Below, one piece after another: positions 24,739-35,439 of a DNA stretch of 64,000 nt. This stretch comes from a phage. The DNA is taken from NCBI GenBank assembly GCA_024911895.1, contig GCA_024911895.1_3948.1; one strand, 5' to 3'. Numbering within the stretch: the first letter of the stretch is position 1; each line of letters opens with the position of its first letter. The notes under the pieces were generated by a model, which searched no databases, was not told the origin of the DNA, and saw nothing but the letters and a program-made list of their open reading frames with translations. The translations under genes were made by a program, and so were the position numbers.

Positions 24739-25811
24739 TAAGGAACCTCTAAAAATCCACTATTCAAATCATCTACAACAGTATTCAACAGGTACGCACC
24801 GTTCTGTTGCTCCTGATTAGCATTCTGCTCTTTATCAATTTCCATCTTCTTAATCATATACTTCAAAGGTGGTTCTTTAGGAGCTACAAAATCTCTGGGA
24901 ATGCCAAACATATCATACAGTGGGGCAGCATTATAGTAAACCCACTCATGAAGAAGTTTTGTATTTAAGCCAACTACAGCACGTCCTTCGGAGAAGATAT
25001 AATACGACCATTTCTCTTCACTTTCAACTACTTCATCTAGGATTACTTTAATCTCTGGAAGAATTTGTTGAAAAGCTTTCTGCCACTCATCATCTCTTAA
25101 AGTTTCTTTTAAAACTTCAATATCAATTTTAGTGTGAAGGATTTCATCAAGCATAATTTTCTGGACAGCTTGAGCAATACCCTGAAATTTATCTTGAGCA
25201 TCAAGTGCAAAAGTACATGCAAAGGATGCCATAAAAGATATACCTTCAAGTGCAGTCACTGCAAACAGCCCTTTCAGAATCGCTTTATGGAAGTGTAAAG
25301 GGTCTTTGTCCAGAAGTGAATCACGGACATAACTCAGGCGATAGTTTATACCTTCATCCAGTAATTCTTCAAGAACACGATTCACAGTTTTTAATCGGTC
25401 TTGTACAGCAACATTCTGGTTAATCTCATCTAAGATTGTTTCAGGGTTTTTAATACATTGCCTTACAATCTCCGAGTAAGTGAGAGCATGTAGGTTTTCA
25501 ATCTCAGACTGCTTCATAATTGCAGTTGCATAGATGTCATCAGAGATAAATGGTGCAAAGGCAAATGCCAAGCTCTTAGCAACTTGAGTATCTGCTTCCC
25601 ATTGCCACTTAAGAATCTCAAGCATTACACCTGACATTGATGCTGGGACACTCTCAAAATCAAGACGTGATTGTTCAAAAGGGAACTCATCTTCTGACCA
25701 GTCTTGCGCTTTTTGTTGTTTATATAGCTCAAAGATTTTTGGGTAGTGCTTATTAAGTGAGTCAAATGTCTTTCTCTCACCACCTAAAAAGATTGGGTGT
25801 TGGTTAATCAT
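24738..25811 (-). CDS. nrdB: ribonucleotide reductase class Ia beta subunit; start moved to the ATG at 25811 with AAGGAGA RBS
   Basis: ferritin-like diiron protein of typical length next to nrdA; RBS AAAGGAGA 9 nt upstream. Confidence 0.75.
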   Translation of the reverse strand: MINQHPIFLGGERKTFDSLNKHYPKIFELYKQQKAQDWSEDEFPFEQSRLDFESVPASMSGVMLEILKWQWEADTQVAKSLAFAFAPFISDDIYATAIMKQSEIENLHALTYSEIVRQCIKNPETILDEINQNVAVQDRLKTVNRVLEELLDEGINYRLSYVRDSLLDKDPLHFHKAILKGLFAVTALEGISFMASFACTFALDAQDKFQGIAQAVQKIMLDEILHTKIDIEVLKETLRDDEWQKAFQQILPEIKVILDEVVESEEKWSYYIFSEGRAVVGLNTKLLHEWVYYNAAPLYDMFGIPRDFVAPKEPPLKYMIKKMEIDKEQNANQEQQNGAYLLNTVVDDLNSGFLEVP

Positions 25812-26065
25812 AGTGTGATTTCTCCTTTCTTTATCATTTCTAAGGCTTGTTTTCGGTCTAGAACTTCCCAATTTTCTTTGTTGAACATCTCATAAGGTCT
25901 TGCGTAGATTTTACCATCTGCTGTAGAGATGTAAGAGATACCAGTGACCCATGAGTCATCATTTTGTTTTATCATCATGTCTGTGCTACTCACATAGTAC
26001 ATCGTTTTCCGAGGTTTGTGGAGCAAATATATGGGTCTCTCATGTTTTTCTATTAGGTCTTTCAT
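25808..26065 (-). CDS. hypothetical protein (85 aa) between nrdA and nrdB
   Basis: ATG at 26065 with GGAGA RBS; stop overlaps the nrdB start (ATGA). Confidence 0.4.
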   Translation of the reverse strand: MKDLIEKHERPIYLLHKPRKTMYYVSSTDMMIKQNDDSWVTGISYISTADGKIYARPYEMFNKENWEVLDRKQALEMIKKGEITL

Positions 26066-26120
26066 AGTTTCTCCAAAGTTAATTTTAGAGGGTCTTTTAC
26101 GACCCTCATAGTTATTAAAA

Positions 26121-28355
26121 CTAAACACCACAACCCTCGCAATAAGCATCTTGCAGTGCAGATTTACCTACACCGATGCGACTGTTAAGGTAGTACATGG
26201 TTTTCATACCCACTGAGTTGGCATAAATCATGTACTTCAAAGCTTGAGCCAATGATACCTTCTTAGCTTTTGCGTAGTCAACATAGAAATCTGAAGAGAT
26301 AGCTTGACCAGTGAACTTTTGAACAATTGCATAACAATCAATCAGGTCAAAGGTGTCAATACCCCAAGCAATTTCATATACATACTTCAACTCTTCATAA
26401 TCTGGAACAATAAACAGCACGTTACCAGTTGCAGACTTTTTAGTTAAAATAAAGTCACGAATTGGGTACAAGCCATTTGTCGTATTAGTTGCTAGTGAAG
26501 AACTTTCATTAGGCATGTAAGCTTCTAATACAGAGTTTCGGATTCCACCATTCTCTTTGATACGTTGTGCTAAGTCATCCCAATCATATCGTAGTTTCGC
26601 ATCATGCTTTTCATCAATCTTCTTGTTAGCTGTCTTTGGAGGAACCCACCCTTCAGGATACTTAGTGAACTGCATATACTCAGGTACACCACGTTCTTTA
26701 GCAAGTCTTAAAGAAGCTTCGTGTAAGTAGTAAGAGTGCATTTCAGCAAGCTCATGAAGCTTCGTCTTACCTGCTCTTGAAGAGTAGTTCACGTAGTTTT
26801 TTGCAAGGTAATGAGCCACATTTGTAAGGCCAATACCAACAGAACGACGCTTCTGAACATGGTTACGCATCGACGGATACGGATAATCCATAAGGTCAAT
26901 AACGGAGTCAACCATTGCAAGAGCATAATAAGCAACGTCAGCGTATTCATCTTCTGAAATTCTCCCTGCAACCAAACTAGCTAGGAAGCAAAGAGCTACC
27001 TCACCATCCTCTTTCACAGCATCATCTCTGTAAAGGTCTGTCTCTTTCTCAAAGCCGTACACTGGCAACACAATTTCCATACAAAGGTTTGACATCTTCA
27101 AAGGCTCTTTAAATGGTGTATGTGTGTTTGCATTATTCGTGAAGAATGGGTACACACGGCCTGTTGCATAACGCTGCTGGATAAACAGTTTAGCAATTTC
27201 ACGAGCCTTCACCCGTCTGTGTTTAACACCTGAATGTACTGCGTGACCAACTGCCATAGCAAACTCATCAGCAGATGCTGTGTAGAACATGTCATAGAGC
27301 TTTGGTGCATCCTTGTAAGAGAATAGCAACCAGTCTGTATCATATTGAACACACTGCCAGAAATAATCATTTGTACCAAATGAGTAGTCCATCTCGTTAA
27401 TACGTTTCGAAGGAACCGTTGTGGGGTGCTTCAAACGCAGTAAATCTTCAATCTGCGGGTCTAGAGCAGTGTAGAAGTTGTTAGCTGAACCACCACGGCT
27501 CTTCTGTTTGTTTGCCTCTACAGATGAACGTACAAGCTTGTAATAAGGTAGTTTACCCATGTGCTCAATAGTATTTTGACGAATACCATCACCAATAGTG
27601 CGAGTCTCCATCAGCATACCAATACCAGCTTGCTTTGTAGTCATATCATAAGCAACCTTTGCAGCAATACCGAGAGATTCAGCAGTATCATTCGCCTTAA
27701 TCAAACAGCATGACGCATAACCTGATTTAGTAGCTCTTAAACCATTCAGATAAGGCGTAGGAGCATTAATCTTCAGGTCAGATAGGTAAGTGTACAGCTT
27801 GATAACATCTTGCAGTCTACGGTGCTTTGGTTGCTTCTCAAAGGCTTTCATAGCCATACCCATAAACATAAATTGTGGTGACTCAAAAAGTCTTCCCGTT
27901 TTAATATCACGGATACCATACTTGTCTCTGAACTGTTTCAAGACTGCATAACCGTAAGAGATATCTTTTGAGTGCACAATGTAACCTTGCAGATATTCAA
28001 GCTCTTCCTGAGAATAGTCCATCTTCTCCCAAAGTCCTGCTCTCTCCATATTTTTAACGAAGGTAACCAGTGTAGGAACCTTAGTAAAGCCTCCAAAGGC
28101 TTCTTTGTAGATAATTCCCAGAAGTAGCCGTCCAGCCATATCTGAGTACTCTTGAGTTTGCTTATCAACACAAACATCAATCATGGCTTGGTGCATCTCT
28201 TTTGTAGTGCAACCCTCATAGACACGTTTCATGGCTTCCATAGTGACTTCTGACCAGATAATACCACGCTTATCTGCCCATGATGCCCACTTATTCAGTC
28301 TTTCTGGGTCAAAGTTTACTACTGTACCATTTGATTTTTTAATTGTCTTAATCAT
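26121..28355 (-). CDS. nrdA: ribonucleotide reductase class Ia alpha subunit
   Basis: 744 aa; N-terminal ATP-cone-like segment; active-site NLCMEI motif. Confidence 0.8.
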   Translation of the reverse strand: MIKTIKKSNGTVVNFDPERLNKWASWADKRGIIWSEVTMEAMKRVYEGCTTKEMHQAMIDVCVDKQTQEYSDMAGRLLLGIIYKEAFGGFTKVPTLVTFVKNMERAGLWEKMDYSQEELEYLQGYIVHSKDISYGYAVLKQFRDKYGIRDIKTGRLFESPQFMFMGMAMKAFEKQPKHRRLQDVIKLYTYLSDLKINAPTPYLNGLRATKSGYASCCLIKANDTAESLGIAAKVAYDMTTKQAGIGMLMETRTIGDGIRQNTIEHMGKLPYYKLVRSSVEANKQKSRGGSANNFYTALDPQIEDLLRLKHPTTVPSKRINEMDYSFGTNDYFWQCVQYDTDWLLFSYKDAPKLYDMFYTASADEFAMAVGHAVHSGVKHRRVKAREIAKLFIQQRYATGRVYPFFTNNANTHTPFKEPLKMSNLCMEIVLPVYGFEKETDLYRDDAVKEDGEVALCFLASLVAGRISEDEYADVAYYALAMVDSVIDLMDYPYPSMRNHVQKRRSVGIGLTNVAHYLAKNYVNYSSRAGKTKLHELAEMHSYYLHEASLRLAKERGVPEYMQFTKYPEGWVPPKTANKKIDEKHDAKLRYDWDDLAQRIKENGGIRNSVLEAYMPNESSSLATNTTNGLYPIRDFILTKKSATGNVLFIVPDYEELKYVYEIAWGIDTFDLIDCYAIVQKFTGQAISSDFYVDYAKAKKVSLAQALKYMIYANSVGMKTMYYLNSRIGVGKSALQDAYCEGCGV

Positions 28356-28367
28356 TTTTAAATCCTA

Positions 28368-28395
28368 CAGATGAAAAGAGCCTCCGAAGAGGCTC
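28368..28395 (-). terminator. UUCG-loop hairpin plus U-run between gene 28402..28743 and nrdA
   Basis: plus GAGCCTC-CGAA-GAGGCTC at 28378..28395. Confidence 0.5.
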
Positions 28396-28401
28396 CCTAG
28401 T

Positions 28402-28743
28402 TTAAATCTTGAAAATTTGCTCATTCTGCCACATATCGTAAAACTTATCACTTACTTTTGTGACTGAAGAAGTGTGCATACAATTCAGGAAGAACCATGA
28501 TGATGATGTATTATCATCCATAAGTGTTTCAAGTTTTTGTGTAACGTTCACATCCATGTCTGCAACAACGTAATTACCTCGCATCTTGCAAACAATCCTT
28601 CCAAACAAGATTGCACTTCTCCCTCTTCTGTCATCACAGTACATAACTGTGTCTCCGTGCTTAACGTCTTGTCCGATACTGTCAACACCTAACTTAGCAC
28701 CTGAGATAATGTCATCATAAGATAGCTTTTTTGCTTTAGACAC
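28402..28743 (-). CDS. hypothetical protein (113 aa)
   Basis: ORF. Confidence 0.45.
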   Translation of the reverse strand: MSKAKKLSYDDIISGAKLGVDSIGQDVKHGDTVMYCDDRRGRSAILFGRIVCKMRGNYVVADMDVNVTQKLETLMDDNTSSSWFFLNCMHTSSVTKVSDKFYDMWQNEQIFKI

Positions 28744-29068
28744 GGTATTTCTCCAAGTTTCTTTTTAGATATAACCAACCATAGTCGGTTCTTTCTACAC
28801 CCATGAAGAGTGGAGCCATCACAACTTTACCGAAAGTATTTCTGTGTTGGCAGATTTCAAAGGAATACTCTTTCTCAATATCAATCCCGTATTTGTACAG
28901 GACTGCTTTTAAAACTTGTTCATTGTCCAGAAGTGTATCTGGAGTCTCACCATATTTTTCTAGTAACGAGTCATTCATAAACACCGTCATAGAAATATTG
29001 TAGTTTGAGAAGTGGCTCTTCTGAGCCACACACTCTTTATTAATGTTCTGTGAATCCATTATAACCAA
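28736..29068 (-). CDS. hypothetical protein (110 aa)
   Basis: ORF. Confidence 0.45.
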   Translation of the reverse strand: MVIMDSQNINKECVAQKSHFSNYNISMTVFMNDSLLEKYGETPDTLLDNEQVLKAVLYKYGIDIEKEYSFEICQHRNTFGKVVMAPLFMGVERTDYGWLYLKRNLEKYRV

Positions 29069-29795
29069 CCCCTTTTAACCAGCACTTCAGGTTATTAGCA
29101 TCATAATTCAGTTTCGGGTATGAGGTTACATGGAACTGCTCACCATCATAGTAGACAATATCTGCAATCCATAGTCCGTTCTCTTTACAGAAGTCTTTAT
29201 CTGCTTTAGAGGTAATTGGATTAACTTCTACAAAACCATCTACACCCAAATCCTTTAAGCTACCTACAATACCTTTGCAGATAACGCATGTCTCAGATAC
29301 TACCACAAAAAGTTCTTGGCTTTCAAGTTCTACAATGTATTCACCAAGCTGCACTTTAGGGAGATTAGACTGCTTCATAATCTTACCATCGGCTGCACGA
29401 ACAATCGCATACCACTCTTTACCATCAACTACTGACATTCTGATGATACACTCTTGACCAGTACGCTTCTCAATATCTGCAAGACGTTTTAAAGCTTCTT
29501 CATAGTCGTCTGTATACTTCAGGTCATTATTATGGCAAACAGCTTCCATAGCACCATTGTGGTCATGTTGTGACAGATAAATCAATCCGTCAAGAACATA
29601 TTGCAAATCTGCCTGAGCATCCAGTGTCTCAATGGGGTCTTTCTCTTCAATTGCTTTTACAAGCTCTTTTGCTTCTTCAAGCATACACAGAGATTGAGAT
29701 TTTAAAGATTCCCAATACTCATCACTGTAAGGTTGCTTTTGAGTGTTTCCACAACGAAGATTCCAGTTTTTTACTGATTCTCTTGAGTTAAACAT
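29040..29795 (-). CDS. hypothetical protein (251 aa); N-terminal segment weakly resembles a MazG-like all-alpha NTP pyrophosphohydrolase
   Basis: MLEEAKELVKAIEE ... DAQADLQYVLDGLIYL (EExxEL / DxxDxL pattern); weak. Confidence 0.25.
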   Translation of the reverse strand: MFNSRESVKNWNLRCGNTQKQPYSDEYWESLKSQSLCMLEEAKELVKAIEEKDPIETLDAQADLQYVLDGLIYLSQHDHNGAMEAVCHNNDLKYTDDYEEALKRLADIEKRTGQECIIRMSVVDGKEWYAIVRAADGKIMKQSNLPKVQLGEYIVELESQELFVVVSETCVICKGIVGSLKDLGVDGFVEVNPITSKADKDFCKENGLWIADIVYYDGEQFHVTSYPKLNYDANNLKCWLKGVGYNGFTEH

Positions 29796-30034
29796 TTGGA
29801 CTCCTTAAAATATCTGCTAACCTTTAGCTCTCGTGTTTCAATATATTCCAGATGCTCACGTAGCTCTTGACGTTTAAGCATTAGGTGCTGCATTTGAGAT
29901 TCAACAGCTTCAACCTCTTTAATTATTGACTCTCTGGCATTTGCAAGAATGCGCTCAAGTTCTTCAATCTTGCTGTCAACCTTTGCTACATGACTCACAG
30001 CTTTACTTTTGTTAAACATTTTATTCTCTCTCAA
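29771..30034 (-). CDS. hypothetical coiled-coil protein (87 aa)
   Basis: heptad-like charged sequence. Confidence 0.4.
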   Translation of the reverse strand: MRENKMFNKSKAVSHVAKVDSKIEELERILANARESIIKEVEAVESQMQHLMLKRQELREHLEYIETRELKVSRYFKESKCLTQENQ

Positions 30035-30040
30035 TAGTTG

Positions 30041-30541
30041 TCAAGTACAATTTGCTTTCATTACCTTATGGATTCTTTTTTCAGCATCTTCATAAGTTTC
30101 TTTAGTAATAAACTTAATTGCTGCAATATTGGCATTGTAGAAGAGTCTGAGCTTCGAGTCAATCCTTTTTGTCATTACATCGAACTTATGTTGAAGGTTT
30201 GCTTCACCATAAACTAGGCCACCTTTTGTGTAGTAGGTTTGAATAATGTAAAAGTCAAAAAATTCTTTTCCAAAGCTCTCAATATCTTTTTTAATATACT
30301 CAGAAGAAGTCTCATAAGTCATCCAATCACTTTCCTTAGTGACTACCTTCTTCCGAGTCTTCCCAGCAACTTTTCTTTTAGTCACACTATTAAGCTGTTT
30401 CTTACCCAAATAGTACTGTCCAGTCTTTTTGCAGTACACTAGGTAGACAAAGCCAAAGTGCTTTGCTGGGTCAACTTCACCACATAGTGAAACCCAATGT
30501 CCATATTCAGGGCAATTGCCAAAACCTTTTATTTTTCTCAT
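30041..30541 (-). CDS. GIY-YIG-like domain protein, possible homing endonuclease
   Basis: GFVYLVYCKKTGQYYLGKK resembles GIY..(10)..YIG. Confidence 0.3.
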   Translation of the reverse strand: MRKIKGFGNCPEYGHWVSLCGEVDPAKHFGFVYLVYCKKTGQYYLGKKQLNSVTKRKVAGKTRKKVVTKESDWMTYETSSEYIKKDIESFGKEFFDFYIIQTYYTKGGLVYGEANLQHKFDVMTKRIDSKLRLFYNANIAAIKFITKETYEDAEKRIHKVMKANCT

Positions 30542-31065
30542 TCATCACCTTTATTAGCAAACTCTTTGTGTAAACGTTGACGTTCCCTATTTACAACCTC
30601 TGCTGCTTCATCAATAGTGTCATAGTTGCCGAAGAAGTAGACCCTCTTCTTAAAAGTTATCTGTGTAGACCACTTACCATACTGTTTTTTGTAGTACACA
30701 CCTTTAACACCTGATTTATTGTTCTTATTGAGCAACCTATTACATTGGTTCTCTGATAACGTACATGCCCTAAGATTTACCCAGCGATTGTCTAGTGTTA
30801 CATGATTTTTATGGTCAACACACTCAGGTAGGTATCCATCCATATACAGAACGGCTAGGGTATGTGCATAATAGCCCTTACCAAACAAATAAATTCTGGT
30901 GTACCCTCTTAAGTTTGTACCTGCAACAGAGCCAATTTTTGTGTGTCTAGCAGATTTCTTAATCCAAGTAAAGACCCCTGTTTCGGGGTCATAATGTAGG
31001 TACTCTTTAAGAGTTTGTTGAGTTAACATTTGGTGTCCACCCATACTTATCAAAAGTAAAATCAT
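30538..31065 (-). CDS. HNH homing endonuclease with AP2 domain (true start probably internal, near 31029-31044)
   Basis: VDHKNHVTLDNRWVNLRACTLSEN; AP2-like GVKGVYY...GNYDTIDEAAEVV...HKEFA; overlaps the 3' end of the exonuclease gene. Confidence 0.65.
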   Translation of the reverse strand: MILLLISMGGHQMLTQQTLKEYLHYDPETGVFTWIKKSARHTKIGSVAGTNLRGYTRIYLFGKGYYAHTLAVLYMDGYLPECVDHKNHVTLDNRWVNLRACTLSENQCNRLLNKNNKSGVKGVYYKKQYGKWSTQITFKKRVYFFGNYDTIDEAAEVVNRERQRLHKEFANKGDE

Positions 31066-32053
31066 CTTTCTTATTTCTTTCCTGATAAGCTAAGAAGAAG
31101 TGTTGCTGCATTAGTTCTAAAGGTGTTCTGGTAACTGTTTGACCATCCCACGAGACATAAGTGTAGGACTCTTTCTTAGCATAAAGTTCATAGATAGCAT
31201 CAAGACACTCTTTGTAAGTTGTTTTCCCTTCAAGAGCCTTCATCACAGTAGCTTTACCAACACCCTTTAAACCAAAATAATTATCCGCATTGTCGCCAGC
31301 CACAGCTTGATAGCAAAGAAATTTAAAACCTACCCCAACTGTCTTCTTAGCTTTTGGTGTCGATTTTATTGGACAATCCCAAATTTCACCAACGTTGTTA
31401 TCAGCAATGAAGATTAAAGGTGATTTTTCATAGGTCATATCAATGCAGTAAGTGCCTTCAGCTTGGCGAAGGTCTTTATCAATGCTCATTAAGGCAGCCT
31501 TTTTACCCATCTTTTCAGCTTTAGCAATAACGATAGAGTCAGCTTCAAATCCATCAAGAATCAATTTGAACTCTGGTCTTGACAGAAGGTATTCACGACA
31601 AGCGACTAAGTGTGTTGGTGTGACAGCATCTTTACGGTTACCTTGATATTGGTGCTCAAGACCTTTAACGTCTTTATGTTTATGCACACCTTTCTCTGTT
31701 AAATAACCTACCCAAGTTCTCTCTTTACCAACAATCTTAAGCCATTCCTGAAGCACCTGTTGAGTAGCCATGATAGCTTCTTTTTCACTCTTAGCTTCTT
31801 TCCAAGTCTGTCTTTCCCATTCATCTTCATCAAATGTCAGGCCAAGTTCTTCCACAAGGATTCTCTGGTCTGCTAACCATCTTGCAGCATCTTTCGCATT
31901 ATCAAATGGCTCAGACTCTTCTGCTGTGAGTTTATTGACGTATTTATATTTTGCTTTCTCAACTACACAAGCACCTTTATAGGCAATACTATCAGAGTCA
32001 ATAAAGACATGTGTAACTGAATCGGGAAGCTTTGTTAATGTGTACTTCTCCAT
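31007..32053 (-). CDS. 5'-3' exonuclease / flap endonuclease (T7 gp6 / T4 RNase H family)
   Basis: N-terminal VFIDSDSIAYKGA; helix-3-turn-helix motif AGDNADNYFGLKGVGKATVMKAL. Confidence 0.65.
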   Translation of the reverse strand: MEKYTLTKLPDSVTHVFIDSDSIAYKGACVVEKAKYKYVNKLTAEESEPFDNAKDAARWLADQRILVEELGLTFDEDEWERQTWKEAKSEKEAIMATQQVLQEWLKIVGKERTWVGYLTEKGVHKHKDVKGLEHQYQGNRKDAVTPTHLVACREYLLSRPEFKLILDGFEADSIVIAKAEKMGKKAALMSIDKDLRQAEGTYCIDMTYEKSPLIFIADNNVGEIWDCPIKSTPKAKKTVGVGFKFLCYQAVAGDNADNYFGLKGVGKATVMKALEGKTTYKECLDAIYELYAKKESYTYVSWDGQTVTRTPLELMQQHFFLAYQERNKKDDFTFDKYGWTPNVNSTNS

Positions 32054-32115
32054 TATGGCTCTCCATATGAAAAAGCCCCATACTAAGTACAGGGCTTTAA
32101 AGTAACTTTTAGAGA

Positions 32116-32973
32116 TTAGTCTTCTGTATCGAAGTCTTCATCTTCTTCGTCATCTGGGTCTGGCAAGTCTTCATCGTCACCATCATCAGAATCATTCGAA
32201 GATTTATGGTCTGTTGCGTCTTCTTCAGTGATTTCACCGTTATCTTCAACACCATCAAGACCAAGCATAGCCAATTCATCTTCATCCAGTTCAGGCTCAC
32301 CATTAGCACCGTTACCACCAGTGTAAGGTACAAGAGTATCAATGATAAACTGTTCCTGAATAGGTTTTGTCAGAACATTGTTCTCAAAAGTGTAGAAGTG
32401 AGTAGAGAGAATCACACTACCAAAAGAACCGTTGCCAACTGCGATATCTGGATGAATTACGTCATAGTTCTTGTCATCTTCATGTTTATCAGAAGCTTGA
32501 GCTTTGATTTTCTTCATCGGCTGCTTAACAGCTACACGCTTACCATTTACCTCTTCAATCAGCATTACAGGGAATGACTGTTTAGCTGTCCACACAGCAC
32601 CATCTTTATAAGCTGCTGCACGACTTACTTTCAAGATGTAGTAAGTATCTGCTTCAAATGGTGGTTTGCAGCCAAACTTCTCTTCGAAGTCATCTGCATC
32701 AACTGCTTCAGTAGTGACTTTATCCCAACCTTCTGGGTTTTTCTTAGACTTAGTAAACTCTTTAAAGAGTTTGTTACCGTCTTCTGCCAGAATTGATACG
32801 CTGTAGTTACAGTCTTTGCCTGGGAATTTCTTATCAATAGACTTACCTTTTCCCGGACGTGGTGAAGTGTTCAGGTAATAAAACCAGACATCTTTCAGCA
32901 GGTAACGCAGAGTTTGACGTTCAGTACCGTTGTACTTCTCTACCGGAGCTTTCATTTTAACAACTTTAGACAT
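32116..32973 (-). CDS. putative single-stranded DNA-binding protein with acidic C-terminal tail
   Basis: C-terminus DDGDDEDLPDPDDEEDEDFDTED; located in the replication module. Confidence 0.4.
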   Translation of the reverse strand: MSKVVKMKAPVEKYNGTERQTLRYLLKDVWFYYLNTSPRPGKGKSIDKKFPGKDCNYSVSILAEDGNKLFKEFTKSKKNPEGWDKVTTEAVDADDFEEKFGCKPPFEADTYYILKVSRAAAYKDGAVWTAKQSFPVMLIEEVNGKRVAVKQPMKKIKAQASDKHEDDKNYDVIHPDIAVGNGSFGSVILSTHFYTFENNVLTKPIQEQFIIDTLVPYTGGNGANGEPELDEDELAMLGLDGVEDNGEITEEDATDHKSSNDSDDGDDEDLPDPDDEEDEDFDTED

Positions 32974-33045
32974 TATTTAAACCTCTATCTCAATTTATGA
33001 AGAGTACCAATTCTAGTTTGTTGATACTCTATTGTCAAATACTAA

Positions 33046-33195
33046 TTACTGGAAGTTGTGCTTATCTTTAGAAGCTGCTTTGCGTGCAGTTTTTCCAGTT
33101 CTTACACGTTTTTCTTCATAGTATTTTGCTGGTTTTCCAGCAGTGGCTTTTAAGGAATCCCCAAAAACTTTTTCAAATGCTTTAGAGTGTTTCAT
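33046..33195 (-). CDS. small basic protein (49 aa), below the ORF-track cutoff
   Basis: own translation: MKHSKAFEKVFGDSLKATAGKPAKYYEEKRVRTGKTARKAASKDKHNFQ; GGAGAA RBS 7 nt upstream. Confidence 0.4.
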   Translation of the reverse strand: MKHSKAFEKVFGDSLKATAGKPAKYYEEKRVRTGKTARKAASKDKHNFQ

Positions 33196-33485
33196 GATAT
33201 TCTCCGATATACTTGATATTCAAACACATTTTCTTTAATTATAAACAGCCAACTAATATTATGCTGAGGCAGCGAAATGATGACTGTAATCATGCTTTGG
33301 TGGAAATCTTCTTTTATCTCAACTTCCCCGTTGCATTTCATAAGGAGCATTCTATAGAACCTATCAATCTTTGTCAAACACTCTTCCTGAAATTTATTTA
33401 AACTTTTTTCTTCAAAGAAGGGTACGAACCCCTCTCTTTTATAACTATCACTCAGTTTCAAACGGGCAGTCATCTGCATCCTCAC
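33192..33485 (-). CDS. hypothetical protein (97 aa)
   Basis: ORF overlapping the primase-helicase 3' end. Confidence 0.35.
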   Translation of the reverse strand: MRMQMTARLKLSDSYKREGFVPFFEEKSLNKFQEECLTKIDRFYRMLLMKCNGEVEIKEDFHQSMITVIISLPQHNISWLFIIKENVFEYQVYRRIS

Positions 33486-35439
33486 TTAATACAGGTGGAA
33501 TCGTTGAGCTTTGACGCTGTTCTTCAGTATAGACTTCGCCAGTCTCACGGTCAAATACTTCATCCTCATAATGAGGTAAAGAGTCATCATAATGGTCTTC
33601 AGCTTCACCAATACCAAACTGTTGACGAATATTTTCTGCTGCACCATCAATGTCAACACCACATCCAGAAGCTTTGATAAGGCGGCCTGTCTCAGGATTA
33701 TACCAAGTGTGACCAGCAATACCAGTTGACTTACCATGACGACGACACTTAGTTAGTTTAATCTTCGTGATGTTCTTCTTAACAGGGTCTGGGTCAACCT
33801 TGTTACGCATTAACAAAATATTATTCATGGAAATCTGGAAATACGCACCAGAGCCTTTAATATCCTCTTCAGAGATATCTCCACCTTCAGAGTTGGCTTT
33901 CTGACCACCTGCGCTCTTACGAACGTGACAGACGTTCACCTGTGCATACTGGTAGCGTTTGCAACGACGCAATAGTTCAGACAAAACTTCCTCTTCATCA
34001 GTATCTGAACGTGACAGAGCCAACGTAATAGGGTCAAGAATAATAATCTTACAGTCTAAACTGTTAACAAGATAGTCAACAAATTCCAGCAGGTTATCTT
34101 GGTCAATTGCACCTTGATGGTCTACGATATGGATACGACGACCTTTAGATAGCTCTGCATGTGCTTCCTTCAATTCATCCCAATCTCGTTCATCATAAGG
34201 AATCTCAGAAATCTGCTTGCTCAGGTGAATTGCACAGAGCATCTCCATCAACTCTTCATAGGTATCTTCAACTGGAATTACACCAATATTGTAATCGGTT
34301 TCCTTCCAAGCAGTGTAAATCATTTCACGGGTATATGCTGATTTACCTACTGAAGATGGTGCTGCCAGAGTTGTAATCTCACCTAAACCATAACCACCAT
34401 AAGTCAGCCTGTTCAAATCTCCGAAAGATTCTGGGAAAGGAATCAATGGAATCTGACCACGATTCTTCATTGCCTCAAAACCATCTGCGAAGTTCTTGAT
34501 ACCAGCAGGACAGTAACGAGGTGCATTGTAGATACGCTGCTTAAACCCTTCCAGAACTGTATCTTTCTCTTTATAGAACTTTGTCCACCATTCGTTAAGG
34601 TCTTTTACACCTTCTGGATACTGGAACAAACGAACCTTCTCAATAGGTAGGATACCAGCCGCCTCTTTGGTAGCTTTAGCACCTGCTTCATCGTTATCAA
34701 AGCACAAGTAAATCTCATCAAATGATGTGATGTACTGATAGTTGTCTTTGATAGACTTAATGTTTGCACCTGATGGAACAGATACGTGACAGTAATTCTT
34801 ACGACGAGACTTATCTTTAATCGCCAAAGAAGTCATGTAGATAGCTGTAGCGCACTCCATCTCACCTTCCCAGATGAATAGACGGTTGCCACCTTCTGGA
34901 GCAACCCATGAACCGAACATTGCCAGTTCACCTTTAATGTCTCCAACACCACCTGAAAAGTCTTTTAACTTTCCACGTAGATGTTCTTTTGGGTGGTCTT
35001 CTGGGTAACGGTGACGAACACGGTAGCCAACATGTTCTAGCTTGCCATCCTCATTACGTTTGTAAGTTGGATAGAAATGTGCATCAATTTCACCATCACT
35101 GTCAATGTCTACCTTGATGCCTAAGCGTTCAAGAACTTTTGCAGGAATCTTCCTGTCTTTTAAGTCCATTGCTTCAAGGTTTTCTTTTACATCGTCTAAA
35201 TCCATTCCACGGAAAGTACGGTTTTTATTGTCTGAACCAGTAGAATAAGTGCTCACGATTTGTCCTTTATCAAAATCCCACTCTGGGAAACCTTTGTTAC
35301 AACTAAAGCAAGTCATCGAATAAGAATCATCGTCATGATGGTAGATTGAACCAGCATCTGATGAACCACAACGTGGACATGCACAATGACCAATAAACTG
35401 ACCAGCCTCTTTCAATTTACGACCTTTAGACATTAGCAC
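33448..35439 (-). CDS. DNA primase-helicase (zinc-finger primase plus DnaB-like helicase)
   Basis: N-terminal CPRCGSS...CFSCNKG zinc ribbon; Walker A LAAPSSVGKSAYT; 663 aa. Confidence 0.75.
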   Translation of the reverse strand: MLMSKGRKLKEAGQFIGHCACPRCGSSDAGSIYHHDDDSYSMTCFSCNKGFPEWDFDKGQIVSTYSTGSDNKNRTFRGMDLDDVKENLEAMDLKDRKIPAKVLERLGIKVDIDSDGEIDAHFYPTYKRNEDGKLEHVGYRVRHRYPEDHPKEHLRGKLKDFSGGVGDIKGELAMFGSWVAPEGGNRLFIWEGEMECATAIYMTSLAIKDKSRRKNYCHVSVPSGANIKSIKDNYQYITSFDEIYLCFDNDEAGAKATKEAAGILPIEKVRLFQYPEGVKDLNEWWTKFYKEKDTVLEGFKQRIYNAPRYCPAGIKNFADGFEAMKNRGQIPLIPFPESFGDLNRLTYGGYGLGEITTLAAPSSVGKSAYTREMIYTAWKETDYNIGVIPVEDTYEELMEMLCAIHLSKQISEIPYDERDWDELKEAHAELSKGRRIHIVDHQGAIDQDNLLEFVDYLVNSLDCKIIILDPITLALSRSDTDEEEVLSELLRRCKRYQYAQVNVCHVRKSAGGQKANSEGGDISEEDIKGSGAYFQISMNNILLMRNKVDPDPVKKNITKIKLTKCRRHGKSTGIAGHTWYNPETGRLIKASGCGVDIDGAAENIRQQFGIGEAEDHYDDSLPHYEDEVFDRETGEVYTEEQRQSSTIPPVLSEDADDCPFETE